Assembly (NCBI GenBank): GCA_030753015.1
Contig: JASMDC010000012.1
Coordinates: 28,734 to 92,733, forward strand
From: Candidatus Undinarchaeales archaeon
GTDB taxonomy: Archaea; SpSt-1190; JASMDC01
Length of the DNA stretch: 64,000 bases
Reading direction: 5' to 3'
Each line of letters starts with the position of its first letter. Position 1 is the stretch's first letter. The notes below the pieces were generated by a model. That model saw nothing but the letters and a program-made list of their open reading frames with translations, did not search any database and was not told the origin of the DNA. Both the position numbers and the translations under genes were made by a program. Positions 1 to 9,481 of this stretch are shown here, one piece after another.

Positions 1-1048
1 ACCTGGCGCCGACGCCCATGAGCAGCCCCAGGCCAACGCCCACCAGGCATCCCAGGATGCCCCCCACGGTGCCCAGCATCCCAGACTCGATGAGAAAGAT
101 CATCATGATGTCCCCGTTGCGGGCGCCCACGGCCTTGAGTATGCCGATCTCCTGGGTGCGCTCCAGCACGGACGTATACATGGTGTTCATGATGCCGATG
201 CCGCCCACCACCAGTGATATGGCGGCCATGCCGATGATCAGGCCTTGGACGGCAAGCATGCCGGCCATGACCATCGCGCTCATGGTGGCTAGGGTATTGA
301 CCGCAAAATCCTCCTTGCCCCGATGGTCCTCTAGCTCCTCGCGGATGTCCGCGGCCACCTTCTCCACGTCGAACCCGTTCTTTGCGGTCGCGTAGATCAT
401 GGACACCTCGTCCCCGACGCCCAGGACCTCCTTGCCCTTGTCCCAGGGGACGTAGATGGTGGAGTCCTTCTGCACGGCCCCAATGGCCTCCAGGAGGCCC
501 ACGACCTTGAACTCGTGGCCACGGACGGTGAGCTTGCTGTGCATGGTAACGGGTTTGTCGTACATATCGCCCACGAACTCGGTCCCCACGACGATCGCGT
601 CCCGGTCACTGGTCCGCAGGGGCCGGCCCTGGGTCACGTAGTACCCGAACATCTTGCCCACCACGTCGTCCGTGATGTGGTTGGGGATGACGCCGATGAA
701 TCCCTTCCTCTCCTGGCCCGCGTGCTCAATGGTCACCAAGGACATTATCATCGGCATGACCAGGTCCACTCCGCGCACCCGCTCGATGATTTTGACGTCC
801 TTGCTGGTGAACGGTTCGATGGACAGCCCCCCGGCACCCATGGTGCCTCCCACACCGGGCATGATCATGATCTTGTCATACCCCACCTTCGAATAGGCAT
901 CGTCCATGAAGTTCTTTAGCCCGGTCCCCATGGAGACCAGGGACACCACGGCAGCGATGCCGATGAAGATGCCGAGCACGGTGAGGAACGAGCGGGTTCC
1001 GCGACTGCGCAGGTTCCGGAACGCGATCCTGAAGTACTCGGTGAACAC
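1..1048 (-). CDS. ABC transporter permease, MacB/FtsX family (3' end runs off the window; not in the ORF track)
   Basis: Manual minus-strand translation from GTG at 1048: MFTEYFRIAFRNLRSRGTRSFLTVLGIFIGIAAVVSLVSMG..., later GGIGIMNTMYTSVLERTQEIGILKAVGA, both MacB permease signatures. GGAAGTGA upstream; follows the ATPase operon. Confidence 0.93.
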   Translation of the reverse strand, partial: MFTEYFRIAFRNLRSRGTRSFLTVLGIFIGIAAVVSLVSMGTGLKNFMDDAYSKVGYDKIMIMPGVGGTMGAGGLSIEPFTSKDVKIIERVRGVDLVMPMIMSLVTIEHAGQERKGFIGVIPNHITDDVVGKMFGYYVTQGRPLRTSDRDAIVVGTEFVGDMYDKPVTMHSKLTVRGHEFKVVGLLEAIGAVQKDSTIYVPWDKGKEVLGVGDEVSMIYATAKNGFDVEKVAADIREELEDHRGKEDFAVNTLATMSAMVMAGMLAVQGLIIGMAAISLVVGGIGIMNTMYTSVLERTQEIGILKAVGARNGDIMMIFLIESGMLGTVGGILGCLVGVGLGLLMGVGAR

Positions 1049-1093
1049 GGTATCACTTCCCTATCATGGTCCTGTGCCCTCCCGGGCAGGGGC

Positions 1094-3070
1094 TCACTTG
1101 GAGCCCCTGCGCCAGAAGAAGCGGTACGCGCCGTACAGGCCGCCGACGAATACCAAGAGACCCGTCACTATACCGATGACAGCTCCGGTCCCCATGGTGA
1201 ACTCGAGCCCTAGGCGCTTGATGTCCTCTGCCCCGTAGATGGTCAGTTCGATATTCTCCGTCTTGGTGTAGATCTTCCGACTGGAGTCCTGATATTCTAC
1301 GGTCACGGGGAACTCCAGGTTCCCGGGTGCGGCATCGGCATTGACCTTGAGCTCGAACTCCGCCGTCTCGAAGTCGTCGGAGTCCATCTTGCCCACGTAG
1401 ATTCGGTCCGAGGACAGGACCTCCAGAGCGTCGGTGGGGGCCACCGAGACCGTCAGGAACTTGATGTTCTCTGTGCCCTTGTTCACGAAGTTCAGGGTCA
1501 CGGTCCCCTTCTGTCCCGCCTTGTAAAGGGGCGACTTCTCAAGTCCGATCTGGAGGCGCGGGACCTCGCCCGTGAGCTCGCCTATGGGATCGCCAGCCAA
1601 GTAGAGCCGGAGCAGTGTGTGCTTCTCCTCGGTATACTCGTGGTTCTGGGTGTCGCTGAATCTCAGCTGGAGTTCGAGGTCAGAGGTTGCCGCAGCGAAC
1701 ACCTCGGGCACGTGGATTGTGTAGGTGAGGGTGGCCTTTGCGTTGGCCGCAAGGCTCTCCACGAACGTCGTGGGCGAGGAGAGCACCTTCACTCTCTTGG
1801 GTACCAGTAGCTGGGCCACCACGGACCGGGCCTCCTCGGCGCCCACGTTGAGCAGCTCGATGGACACGTCCTGGGTGGTCCCCTTCTTGAACAGGTCGGG
1901 GGCAGCCACCCGCAGGTCCAGGTCGGGCTTCGAACCCACCACGAGGGTGAGGATGCTCATGCGGGTGAAGCGTTCGCCCAAGCTGTCCAGGTAGGAGATG
2001 CCTACTGGGACCTTGTAGATACCAGGAGCGGCGGTTCCTGCCGCCGACAGGTCGAACTGCACGGTGCCCTCGGTACCTGGAGCAAGGCTGTCCAGTACCC
2101 GTTCTGCCGACGACTGGCTTGTTGCGAAGGGGAGGGTCTCTGACGAGAGGACCAGGCCAACGGTGATGCTCCGCAGGGGCACGTCCGAGGCGCTCTTCAA
2201 GGTGAGGTAGACGCTGGCGTCCCCGCCGGGCGGGATGCGCACGGGATCGGTTGTCGTACCTGCAACGAGCAGGTCGCGTCCGACCGCCTTGCGCACGTTC
2301 AACGCGAGCTCGAGGCTCTTTGTAGCCGTTGCGCCTTTGCTCTTGTAGGTGAGGGTGAGCGGAAGGATATAGATACCGTCCGCACCGTCACCGATCCCCA
2401 GGGAGATGTACACCTTCTTCGCGGATCGGGGGCCCATATCCCCCAGCCATCGGCTGTTACCGGTACTTAGGAGATAGAAGAGGCTGGAGTCCGTGGATCC
2501 CTTGGGCGTGGTGCTGATGTCCAGCTGAACGTCCTGGGCCTTCCCAAGGCCCGAGTTCTCGAGGGTAAGGGCTGCAGTGACGGTCCCGCCCGGTACGAGG
2601 TGCTCGGGTTCAAGGACAATCTCTTTGAGCGTGAAGTCCGCTCCGGACTCCACGTCGATGCTCACCTTATTGACTGTCACTTCCTCGCCCTCGGCGCACG
2701 TGTCGGGGCAAGCGGCTATCTCAAGCTCATATGTGTCCTCCGGCGCGTCCTCGGCCACGATGACATAGAACTTGCGGTACACTTCCGTCTTGGGTGCGAG
2801 ACTGCCGATATGGAACGATTCGCTCTCACCCGGTTTCAGGCTGAACGGGTACTTGGGCCGCACCTCAAGCACAAGATCGGACGCTGTGTTCTGTGCGTAG
2901 TTGTCCACCTTGATGCTCACCTCCACCTGGCGCCCGGGCTCGGCAGGGGCCGGGTCATAGCTCAATCCGAGCACGCGGATGTTCGGCTCCGTCGGGAGGA
3001 AGTCGGCCCCGGCCGAAAGGGCTAGAATCAGGGCGCATACGATACCGGCTACGATCTTCTTGTCAGTCAT
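1094..3070 (-). CDS. COG1361 S-layer-domain-type multi-Ig/CARDB protein, signal peptide plus C-terminal TM anchor
   Basis: N-terminal signal peptide; about 5 repeated beta-sandwich units (PG..V.l.l.N...A); C-terminal hydrophobic helix plus basic tail; sits between ABC ATPase and permease as is typical in archaea. Confidence 0.8.
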   Translation of the reverse strand: MTDKKIVAGIVCALILALSAGADFLPTEPNIRVLGLSYDPAPAEPGRQVEVSIKVDNYAQNTASDLVLEVRPKYPFSLKPGESESFHIGSLAPKTEVYRKFYVIVAEDAPEDTYELEIAACPDTCAEGEEVTVNKVSIDVESGADFTLKEIVLEPEHLVPGGTVTAALTLENSGLGKAQDVQLDISTTPKGSTDSSLFYLLSTGNSRWLGDMGPRSAKKVYISLGIGDGADGIYILPLTLTYKSKGATATKSLELALNVRKAVGRDLLVAGTTTDPVRIPPGGDASVYLTLKSASDVPLRSITVGLVLSSETLPFATSQSSAERVLDSLAPGTEGTVQFDLSAAGTAAPGIYKVPVGISYLDSLGERFTRMSILTLVVGSKPDLDLRVAAPDLFKKGTTQDVSIELLNVGAEEARSVVAQLLVPKRVKVLSSPTTFVESLAANAKATLTYTIHVPEVFAAATSDLELQLRFSDTQNHEYTEEKHTLLRLYLAGDPIGELTGEVPRLQIGLEKSPLYKAGQKGTVTLNFVNKGTENIKFLTVSVAPTDALEVLSSDRIYVGKMDSDDFETAEFELKVNADAAPGNLEFPVTVEYQDSSRKIYTKTENIELTIYGAEDIKRLGLEFTMGTGAVIGIVTGLLVFVGGLYGAYRFFWRRGSK

Positions 3071-3849
3071 GATTTCTCACCTTTCTTTGTATCCTTCTTC
3101 TTCTCTTTCTTTGCTTCCAAAGCATGGTTCTCTTTGTACTTCAAACGGTCGACGACAGCGCCGTCCAGGAGATAGACGGTCCGCTTCGCATACGTGGCGA
3201 GGTGGTCGTCGTGGGTCACCATGATGATGGTCTTGCCCTCCTTGTGGAGCTTGGAAAGCATGGTCATGATGTCCCGCCCCATCTTCGAGTCCACGTTCCC
3301 GGTGGGCTCATCAGCGAGTATGATATCGGGATCGTTGCACAGCGCACGAGCGATGGCCACGCGCTGCTGCTGGCCCCCTGACAGTTCAGAGGGCAGATGG
3401 TCCATGCGGTTGCCCAGCTCCATCTTCTCCAAAAGCTCAGTGGCCCGTTCAAACCGTTCGTCCGAGCTGTATCCCTGGAATACCATGGGCAGCATGACGT
3501 TCTCGAGAGCGGTGAGCCCCGGGATGAGGTTGAACTGCTGGAAGATGAACCCGATATTCTGCCCACGGATCTGGGCCAGATCGCTCTCCTCCAGTTCGGC
3601 GATGTCCTGGCCCTCCAGGAGGATGGTCCCGTCCGTAGGCACGTCCAAGCATCCCACCATGTTCATGGCGGTGCTCTTCCCCGAGCCCGAGGGTCCCATG
3701 ATGGCCACGAACTCCCCCTGGTGAATGGTAAGATCGATACCGCGAAGGGCATGGACGGCAGCGTCACCCTCGCCGTAGATCTTCGTGACCCCCTTGAGGA
3801 TAAGCAGGGTGGTCCCCCCGTCACCGCTGGTTTTCTCGTCCTTGGCCAT
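3067..3849 (-). CDS. ABC transporter ATP-binding protein (LolD/MacB-like)
   Basis: Walker A GPSGSGKST, signature LSGGQQQR, Walker B ILADEPTGN, H-loop VTHD; AAGGTGAG ribosome site. Confidence 0.97.
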   Translation of the reverse strand: MAKDEKTSGDGGTTLLILKGVTKIYGEGDAAVHALRGIDLTIHQGEFVAIMGPSGSGKSTAMNMVGCLDVPTDGTILLEGQDIAELEESDLAQIRGQNIGFIFQQFNLIPGLTALENVMLPMVFQGYSSDERFERATELLEKMELGNRMDHLPSELSGGQQQRVAIARALCNDPDIILADEPTGNVDSKMGRDIMTMLSKLHKEGKTIIMVTHDDHLATYAKRTVYLLDGAVVDRLKYKENHALEAKKEKKKDTKKGEKS

Positions 3850-3873
3850 GGTCTCACCTTCTGTTCTTGTCTC

Positions 3874-4440
3874 CTATCTCTTCAGAGCCTCGAAGCTATT
3901 CTCCAAGGGAATGCCGTGCTTCTCCTCGAGGAAATTGAAGATGTCCTCGTAGATCTCTATGACCTGTGTGTACTCGTTCTCGAGCTTGCGGAGGGTCTTG
4001 ATCCGGTACTCCAGGTCAGCCCGCTCCTCGGGCGATGCCTTGGAGCTCTTCTGCAATCCCTCGAAGTCCGCAAGAGCAGTGCGCACCGCATCACGGAGCG
4101 TGCGGGACATGACGGGAATCTGGGTCATGAGGATGAGCAAGGCCTTCCCCAGTTCGAGGGTCATCACCGAGAAGTACAGCTTCTTGCTCCCCGGCCGGGT
4201 CTCATGCCGGACCTTCTTGAGCCCCACTAGCAGTTTGAGGTTGGTGGAGAGGGAGGAGAGGCTGTAGCCCGTGCGCGCAGAGAGCTCCTGCATGGTGACG
4301 GGCTCGGGAGAGAACATGAGCGTGAACATGATCCTGCCAAAGATGGGGGACATGCCCATGGGCGCCATGACCGGGATGACGTTCGTCAGCAGATCATCCT
4401 CGATGCCCTTTATCTCCGATGCGAGCGTTTTCATAGCCAT
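3874..4440 (-). CDS. GbsR/MarR-family winged-helix transcription regulator
   Basis: GRIMFTLMFSPEPVTMQELSARTGYSLSSLS...RPGSKKLYF wHTH followed by a coiled coil. Confidence 0.85.
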   Translation of the reverse strand: MAMKTLASEIKGIEDDLLTNVIPVMAPMGMSPIFGRIMFTLMFSPEPVTMQELSARTGYSLSSLSTNLKLLVGLKKVRHETRPGSKKLYFSVMTLELGKALLILMTQIPVMSRTLRDAVRTALADFEGLQKSSKASPEERADLEYRIKTLRKLENEYTQVIEIYEDIFNFLEEKHGIPLENSFEALKR

Positions 4441-4471
4441 GTCATCCCCTGGATATTCGAATTTTATATTA

Positions 4472-4535
4472 TTTACTGTATTTTTAGAACATTCCGAATT
4501 TAAATAATTTTAGTATATACTGAAAATACCGAATA
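4472..4535. promoter_or_regulatory. AT-rich promoter/operator upstream of the GbsR-like gene and ABC operon
   Basis: Perfect palindrome AGTATATACT (4512-4521); 9-bp-spaced CTGAA/CCGAA half-sites; TTTAAATA element. Confidence 0.5.
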
Positions 4536-5093
4536 TCATCCGACACTCTCCTCTCCTTCGATGATGAACCTGCCTATGAGCATCATGAACCGCTCCATTA
4601 GCTGATAGTCCTTTTCCATCCCATCGACTATCTCGAGCCGCTTCCGGAGTGCCTCACGTTCCTCTGCGGTCGCGCCCTCCTCATCCAAGCGCTCCTCCAC
4701 GGCCAAGTACCCCTTGCGGATGCGCGGGAGGTCCCTGAGCATCACCTTGACCTCTCGTTCGTACCCGATGCGCATGATGTTCATCATGATCTCAAGGAGC
4801 TTCTTGGATCTGATCGATATGTACGACTTCTTGCTCCCAGGTCGTTTATCACGTCGCACAATACCCATACCGTCGAGGGCACGGACGTTCCTGCTGAGGG
4901 TCGGAAGGCTGTAGCCCGTCTTTTCCGAGAGCTCCTGCATGGTGACTGGCCCCTCTACCAGGAAGAGCTCGGCCATGATTCTTCCCGGAGCGGCGGGGAG
5001 CCCGAAGCTGGTCGTGACATCAACGAAGAGCTGATGGAACTCTTCATCGGCGGTCTTGATGAGAGCGTCATGTGGCGATGTGTGCGAGGTCAT
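4536..5093 (-). CDS. GbsR/MarR-family winged-helix transcription regulator (paralog of 3874-4440)
   Basis: GRIMAELFLVEGPVTMQELSEKTGYSLPTLS...RPGSKKSYI, near-identical HTH motif to the neighbour. Confidence 0.85.
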   Translation of the reverse strand: MTSHTSPHDALIKTADEEFHQLFVDVTTSFGLPAAPGRIMAELFLVEGPVTMQELSEKTGYSLPTLSRNVRALDGMGIVRRDKRPGSKKSYISIRSKKLLEIMMNIMRIGYEREVKVMLRDLPRIRKGYLAVEERLDEEGATAEEREALRKRLEIVDGMEKDYQLMERFMMLIGRFIIEGEESVG

Positions 5094-5126
5094 AGGTGGA
5101 CAAGTATATGGCGTTTGTTACTTTTA

Positions 5127-5150
5127 TATTTTTCTTAATTATGAAAAATA
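5127..5150. promoter_or_regulatory. Inverted-repeat operator candidate
   Basis: TATTTTTC-N8-GAAAAATA, a perfect 8-bp inverted repeat in the divergent intergenic region, adjacent to a TATA-like tract. Confidence 0.5.
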
Positions 5151-5285
5151 AGCAACAAGTGAAATCTTCTATGCTACATATCCGTTTTTGTTACAATTTA
5201 GAAACGCTAGGCGGCGGATACGTCCGGCCGGTTTCGTAAGGTTTTTAAGCCCCGCCGGGTAATATAACTACGGAGTGGTAACTAG

Positions 5286-8200
5286 GTGTTGCCCCGGAGT
5301 GTGTTCATCTTGGTAGGGCGAACTTCGTTGGTCGTGCTCATCGCATTAACATTGCTCATGCTCCCCGTTGTTGGGAACGGTGAGGGCACGGGGACAGGCA
5401 CCGGTTCCGGCACGGGTGCACCCCAGAACACCGCGGACAATGCAATAGACTTCTCCCAGTTTTTCAGCGAGAGCGAACAAGAGATGCTCGAGACAAACGA
5501 GGAACTGGAAGCCGTAAGAGCGAACCTCCAGATAGCCATCCAGGAATGCTCGGCCAAGGAGGAAGAACGCCTCCAGAAGTGGCAGACGCTTGAGCAGAAA
5601 CGTGTGGTCATGGAGCAGCGTCAGGAGGTCCTTGACCAGCGGACGGAAGAGCGTGTCCAGAAGGAGACAGTGCGCGACGAGAAACAGGTGAACAAGAACA
5701 ACGCTGATGCGGCATTATCAGATTGCCAGGACTGCTCGTGCCCCGAGGGTGAGGAGAACTGCGGCTGCGACTGCGGCGACGAGGAGGCCGCCGTAGCGAC
5801 CGCTCAGGCGGAGCTCACTGCCGCCCAGACCGAGCACACGACGGCCGAGACCGAGTTCAACGATGCTGATGAGTATGCCGCCGCCGCTTGTCTAGTCCAG
5901 GGCGACCTTGACGGTGTTGACCTCCGGGAGGGCGGATGTAGTGGCGGCGCTTGTGTGACCTTTTCGACCGATGAAGAAACGATCACGCAGGACGTCGAAT
6001 CACTGACAGAAGAGGACCCCTTGGCTATTGAGACATCCACGAACGCCGAAGCAGACGATGTTTTTTCAGATATGGATACACCAGAAGCGACGACCACCGA
6101 CTTCGATGCAGCGGCTGGCGACTTCCTGATAAACGGCGTGGACCGGCTCGAGGACCTCATAACCTACACCGAGACTATGGCGGAGGCCTATGATAGACTG
6201 GAGACAGCTATGGAGGAGGACAACGAGGAGCTTACGGCCTATCTCGAGGGAAAGGACCCCATGGGTCTCACACCTGCTGAGCTCGAGGACCTCTTCACGT
6301 TCGTGATGGAGACAAAGGATGAGCTACCTGTGGACGACAACCACTTTTTCGACGCCATGCACTACCTCTCGAGCGAGGAGGGCGAGCTCTTCCTGGCGGA
6401 TGTAGAGGAGAAATCACTGGCCGGCACGATCAGTGGCCTGAACATGGACAAGGAGAACATCGAGAACGTCATCGACGCGCTCCAATCGGAGAAGGAGTTC
6501 TATACGATGCTCCTGTTCTGGGCCGCGGATCCCGAGGACATCGCCTGGGTCTTGGAGGAGATCGCCCTCATCGAGGAATTCCAGGACGCTCTCAAGGACG
6601 AGGTCACTCGGATCGACACTGAGATGGTTAAGCTCAACGAACAGCGAGAGAAGGCAGAGGAGGCGAAGACGGCCATCGTGGAGAGCTTAACGGCGGCCGA
6701 GGCGAAGGTGACGACGGCCACGAACGCCCTCAACGAGTGTAGTGGGGATACGGTCGAGTGCGACGAGGACACGGTGACACAACTCCAGCTAGATCTGCAG
6801 ACGGCGGAAGAGGAAAGGAACCTGTTGCAGACCCAGCTCGATGAGACGAACACGCTGCTCGAAGAACTGGACGCGAAGGGGGGTGCGCTCGAGGAGGAGA
6901 AGGAAAATATCGAGACCACTGTGGACACCTTCGACGATATCATCGGTGGCGAGGAAGTGGACCCTGACGCGCTCAACACCCTGGTGGGCATCACAACAAA
7001 CAGGGCGACGGAAACGGTCGACACCATCGATGAGCAGATAGATCTGAAGAAGGACGAGCAGGGTCAGATCACCATCACGATCGACCAGAGCCAGAACGAC
7101 CTGGAGGACAAGCAGGCCCAGACCGAGAAGGAGCGGCAGGAGCTGGCGCAGAGACAGCTCGAGGAGGCCCAGAAGAAGGAGCTGGAGCTTCAGCAGACCA
7201 AGACCGAACTCTCCACGGACCTCACAGCAGCAGAGGAAAAGCTCGCCTATATCGAGGAACAGCTCAAGGCAGCGACCGAGGAGGGGGACAAGAATACGCT
7301 CGAGGATCTCAAGCAGCAGATCCTCAAGGAACGTGAGGAGCTGGAGACCAAGCTCGGGGAGATAACGAACCAGATCGATGACGCGCGGGACCGTCGCCAT
7401 GAGATCGAGGATAAGTACGGTGTAGGCAATCCCGAACAGCGGACCGCTGAGAACCAGATCGACGAGGCGAAGGCCCAGGAGACGCAGCTCAAGGAGAACC
7501 GTGAGCAGCTCACCACCGACATCAAGGAGAAGGACCAAGTGCTCGCGACCATCGAGGAGCAGCTCAAGGGGGTTTCCAATGACGAGGAACGGAAGCAGCT
7601 CGAGGAGCAGAAGGCGATCGTGCTCAACGAGCGCGAGCAGCTATCCACACAGCTCGAGGACGTGACACAGGACATCGAAGAGGCCGCTACCAAGCGTCAG
7701 GAGCTCGAGACGAAGTACGAGGAGCAGTACGGGGCAGCTCCGCCGGAGGCCGAGCCCAAGGCCACCGATACAAAGGAGGACAAGCCCGGGACGGTGGAGG
7801 AGGCGACCAATGCTTTCGAGTCGGTCATCGAGAACATCGAGCAGGCCGGCGTGGGGATCGAGGGCGAGGAAGCCGTGACCGAGGCCCCACCCAACACCAA
7901 TCCGAATGTTGAGTTCCTCAACGCCGTGACGGAGACACTGGAACGGGTGGGCCAGTCAACTGCCAAGGAAGAACCTGACGAGGGGACGCCCGAGCCGTCG
8001 GAACCCGAGCCCCCGAAGAAGGAGAGAAGACGGCTCGAACCGGTGATCATCCCTCCGCCAGTGGCGTCGTACATCGATCCGTTCCCCACCCAGTACAGCC
8101 CTATAGGGATCATGACGATTATCGAGGAGCCGCTCGTTGCTGTGAAGGCCGCACCGCCCCCGTCACCACCCTCGACATCGTCGCCCGTCACCCCTGCAGG

Positions 8201-8900
8201 CCCGGTCCAACCGTTGCAACCCGGAGAGATCGTAACAGCACCGCCCCAGCTCGATCCGGTGGATGCGGCAAATCTAGCGGCCGTGTTCGTGGACGGGGAA
8301 CAGCTCGAAACGCCGGACGGCGCTACCATCCTCGTGGACTCGACGACCAACGAGGTGTACAAGGTGACCCAGGAGGGAGTGGAGACCACAGGGACCGACC
8401 AGCTCCACATCCAGGAACGGGTGGACCCCCTCACAGGGGATACCGACTACTATGCCGTTGTGGGCAACGTGACCGATGAGAACTCCACTCTCAACGATAT
8501 CGCAGCAGGGAACGTGACAGACATAACCGAGGGAGCCATCATCGAGATCCGCTACCTGGACGATGCCAAGAACGTCCTTTTCATCGGCCCACGATGCCAG
8601 ATGACAAACCTCACGGACGTGGATGTGCGCGTCGTGACCCTCAACGATACGGTCATCAACGCCACCAAGAACGAGACCAACGCCACCGTGATGCTGTTGG
8701 ACATCTCGTGCGTCCCAGCCGTGATCGTGGACAAGGACGATCCCGAGGCCAACGTCGTCACATTCCTTGAGGAGATGGAATGCTTCGGTGCCGATGTGGG
8801 CCGGTGCTTGGACATCGAACTGTACATGGTGGTCATAGGTAAGGACGAGAACCTCTGGGAGGTCCAGTGCATCGAGAAGCTCTATTCAGGGATCGAATGA
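5286..8900 (+). CDS. Large secreted acidic coiled-coil protein of unknown function
   Basis: Signal-like N-terminus, GTGTG linker, long heptad regions, Cys clusters, Pro-rich linker, C-terminal beta-rich domain with many NxS/T sequons; host-like codon usage. Confidence 0.85.
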   Translation: MLPRSVFILVGRTSLVVLIALTLLMLPVVGNGEGTGTGTGSGTGAPQNTADNAIDFSQFFSESEQEMLETNEELEAVRANLQIAIQECSAKEEERLQKWQTLEQKRVVMEQRQEVLDQRTEERVQKETVRDEKQVNKNNADAALSDCQDCSCPEGEENCGCDCGDEEAAVATAQAELTAAQTEHTTAETEFNDADEYAAAACLVQGDLDGVDLREGGCSGGACVTFSTDEETITQDVESLTEEDPLAIETSTNAEADDVFSDMDTPEATTTDFDAAAGDFLINGVDRLEDLITYTETMAEAYDRLETAMEEDNEELTAYLEGKDPMGLTPAELEDLFTFVMETKDELPVDDNHFFDAMHYLSSEEGELFLADVEEKSLAGTISGLNMDKENIENVIDALQSEKEFYTMLLFWAADPEDIAWVLEEIALIEEFQDALKDEVTRIDTEMVKLNEQREKAEEAKTAIVESLTAAEAKVTTATNALNECSGDTVECDEDTVTQLQLDLQTAEEERNLLQTQLDETNTLLEELDAKGGALEEEKENIETTVDTFDDIIGGEEVDPDALNTLVGITTNRATETVDTIDEQIDLKKDEQGQITITIDQSQNDLEDKQAQTEKERQELAQRQLEEAQKKELELQQTKTELSTDLTAAEEKLAYIEEQLKAATEEGDKNTLEDLKQQILKEREELETKLGEITNQIDDARDRRHEIEDKYGVGNPEQRTAENQIDEAKAQETQLKENREQLTTDIKEKDQVLATIEEQLKGVSNDEERKQLEEQKAIVLNEREQLSTQLEDVTQDIEEAATKRQELETKYEEQYGAAPPEAEPKATDTKEDKPGTVEEATNAFESVIENIEQAGVGIEGEEAVTEAPPNTNPNVEFLNAVTETLERVGQSTAKEEPDEGTPEPSEPEPPKKERRRLEPVIIPPPVASYIDPFPTQYSPIGIMTIIEEPLVAVKAAPPPSPPSTSSPVTPAGPVQPLQPGEIVTAPPQLDPVDAANLAAVFVDGEQLETPDGATILVDSTTNEVYKVTQEGVETTGTDQLHIQERVDPLTGDTDYYAVVGNVTDENSTLNDIAAGNVTDITEGAIIEIRYLDDAKNVLFIGPRCQMTNLTDVDVRVVTLNDTVINATKNETNATVMLLDISCVPAVIVDKDDPEANVVTFLEEMECFGADVGRCLDIELYMVVIGKDENLWEVQCIEKLYSGIE

Positions 8901-9481
8901 TGGTGCGGCCGACCACGGTCATGAAAGTCCTGATAATCCTCACCACTTCACTGGCGCTCGCCGAGCCGGGATTCGCACGCGTCAACCTTAGCCATACCAC
9001 GGGAAAGGTCTGTCCCGGACAAAGGATATCCATGGCCGTGGACATAACGAACGAGCTCAACACGGCAGCATTGTTCACCGTGGACGTCAGGTTCTCACTG
9101 CCGGGCCGTTCGCTGCGCGTGAACGAGGTTGTGAACATCGGGACGGGCGAGAGCTACAGCTACCCGGTGACCGCCAAGCTCCACGCGGTGGATCCAGATA
9201 CTTATCCCTTCACGGTGACCGTGTCCACGGACATCACCAGGGGGGCCGAGGTCGTCGAGGGTACGTTGGACGTGGTCGCCTGCACGGACGAACCACCCGT
9301 GTCCGAACAACCTGCTGCCCCGGGCGGTAATAGCGGGGCCATCTCGGCCAGCCTTGTCGGACTTATCATGCTCCTACTGCTGGGCGTCGTTGTGCGCATG
9401 CGCCGGAACGTGAACCGGGCCGCCCAGACCCCTGTCTACCAGGGCTACTACAACCAGCCGGTCTATCGGCGGCCCTACTGA
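8897..9481 (+). CDS. Secreted single Ig-like domain protein with C-terminal TM and Tyr/Gln-rich tail
   Basis: ATG at 8897 overlaps the upstream stop (ATGA); signal peptide, beta-strand domain with two Cys, TM helix, tail ...YQGYYNQPVYRRPY. Confidence 0.8.
   Translation: MMVRPTTVMKVLIILTTSLALAEPGFARVNLSHTTGKVCPGQRISMAVDITNELNTAALFTVDVRFSLPGRSLRVNEVVNIGTGESYSYPVTAKLHAVDPDTYPFTVTVSTDITRGAEVVEGTLDVVACTDEPPVSEQPAAPGGNSGAISASLVGLIMLLLLGVVVRMRRNVNRAAQTPVYQGYYNQPVYRRPY

Noticed and set aside
18-1238. Several plus-strand ORFs (125, 134, 110 aa)
   Set aside because: Antisense shadows of the MacB permease on the minus strand, which the track missed because it runs off the edge.
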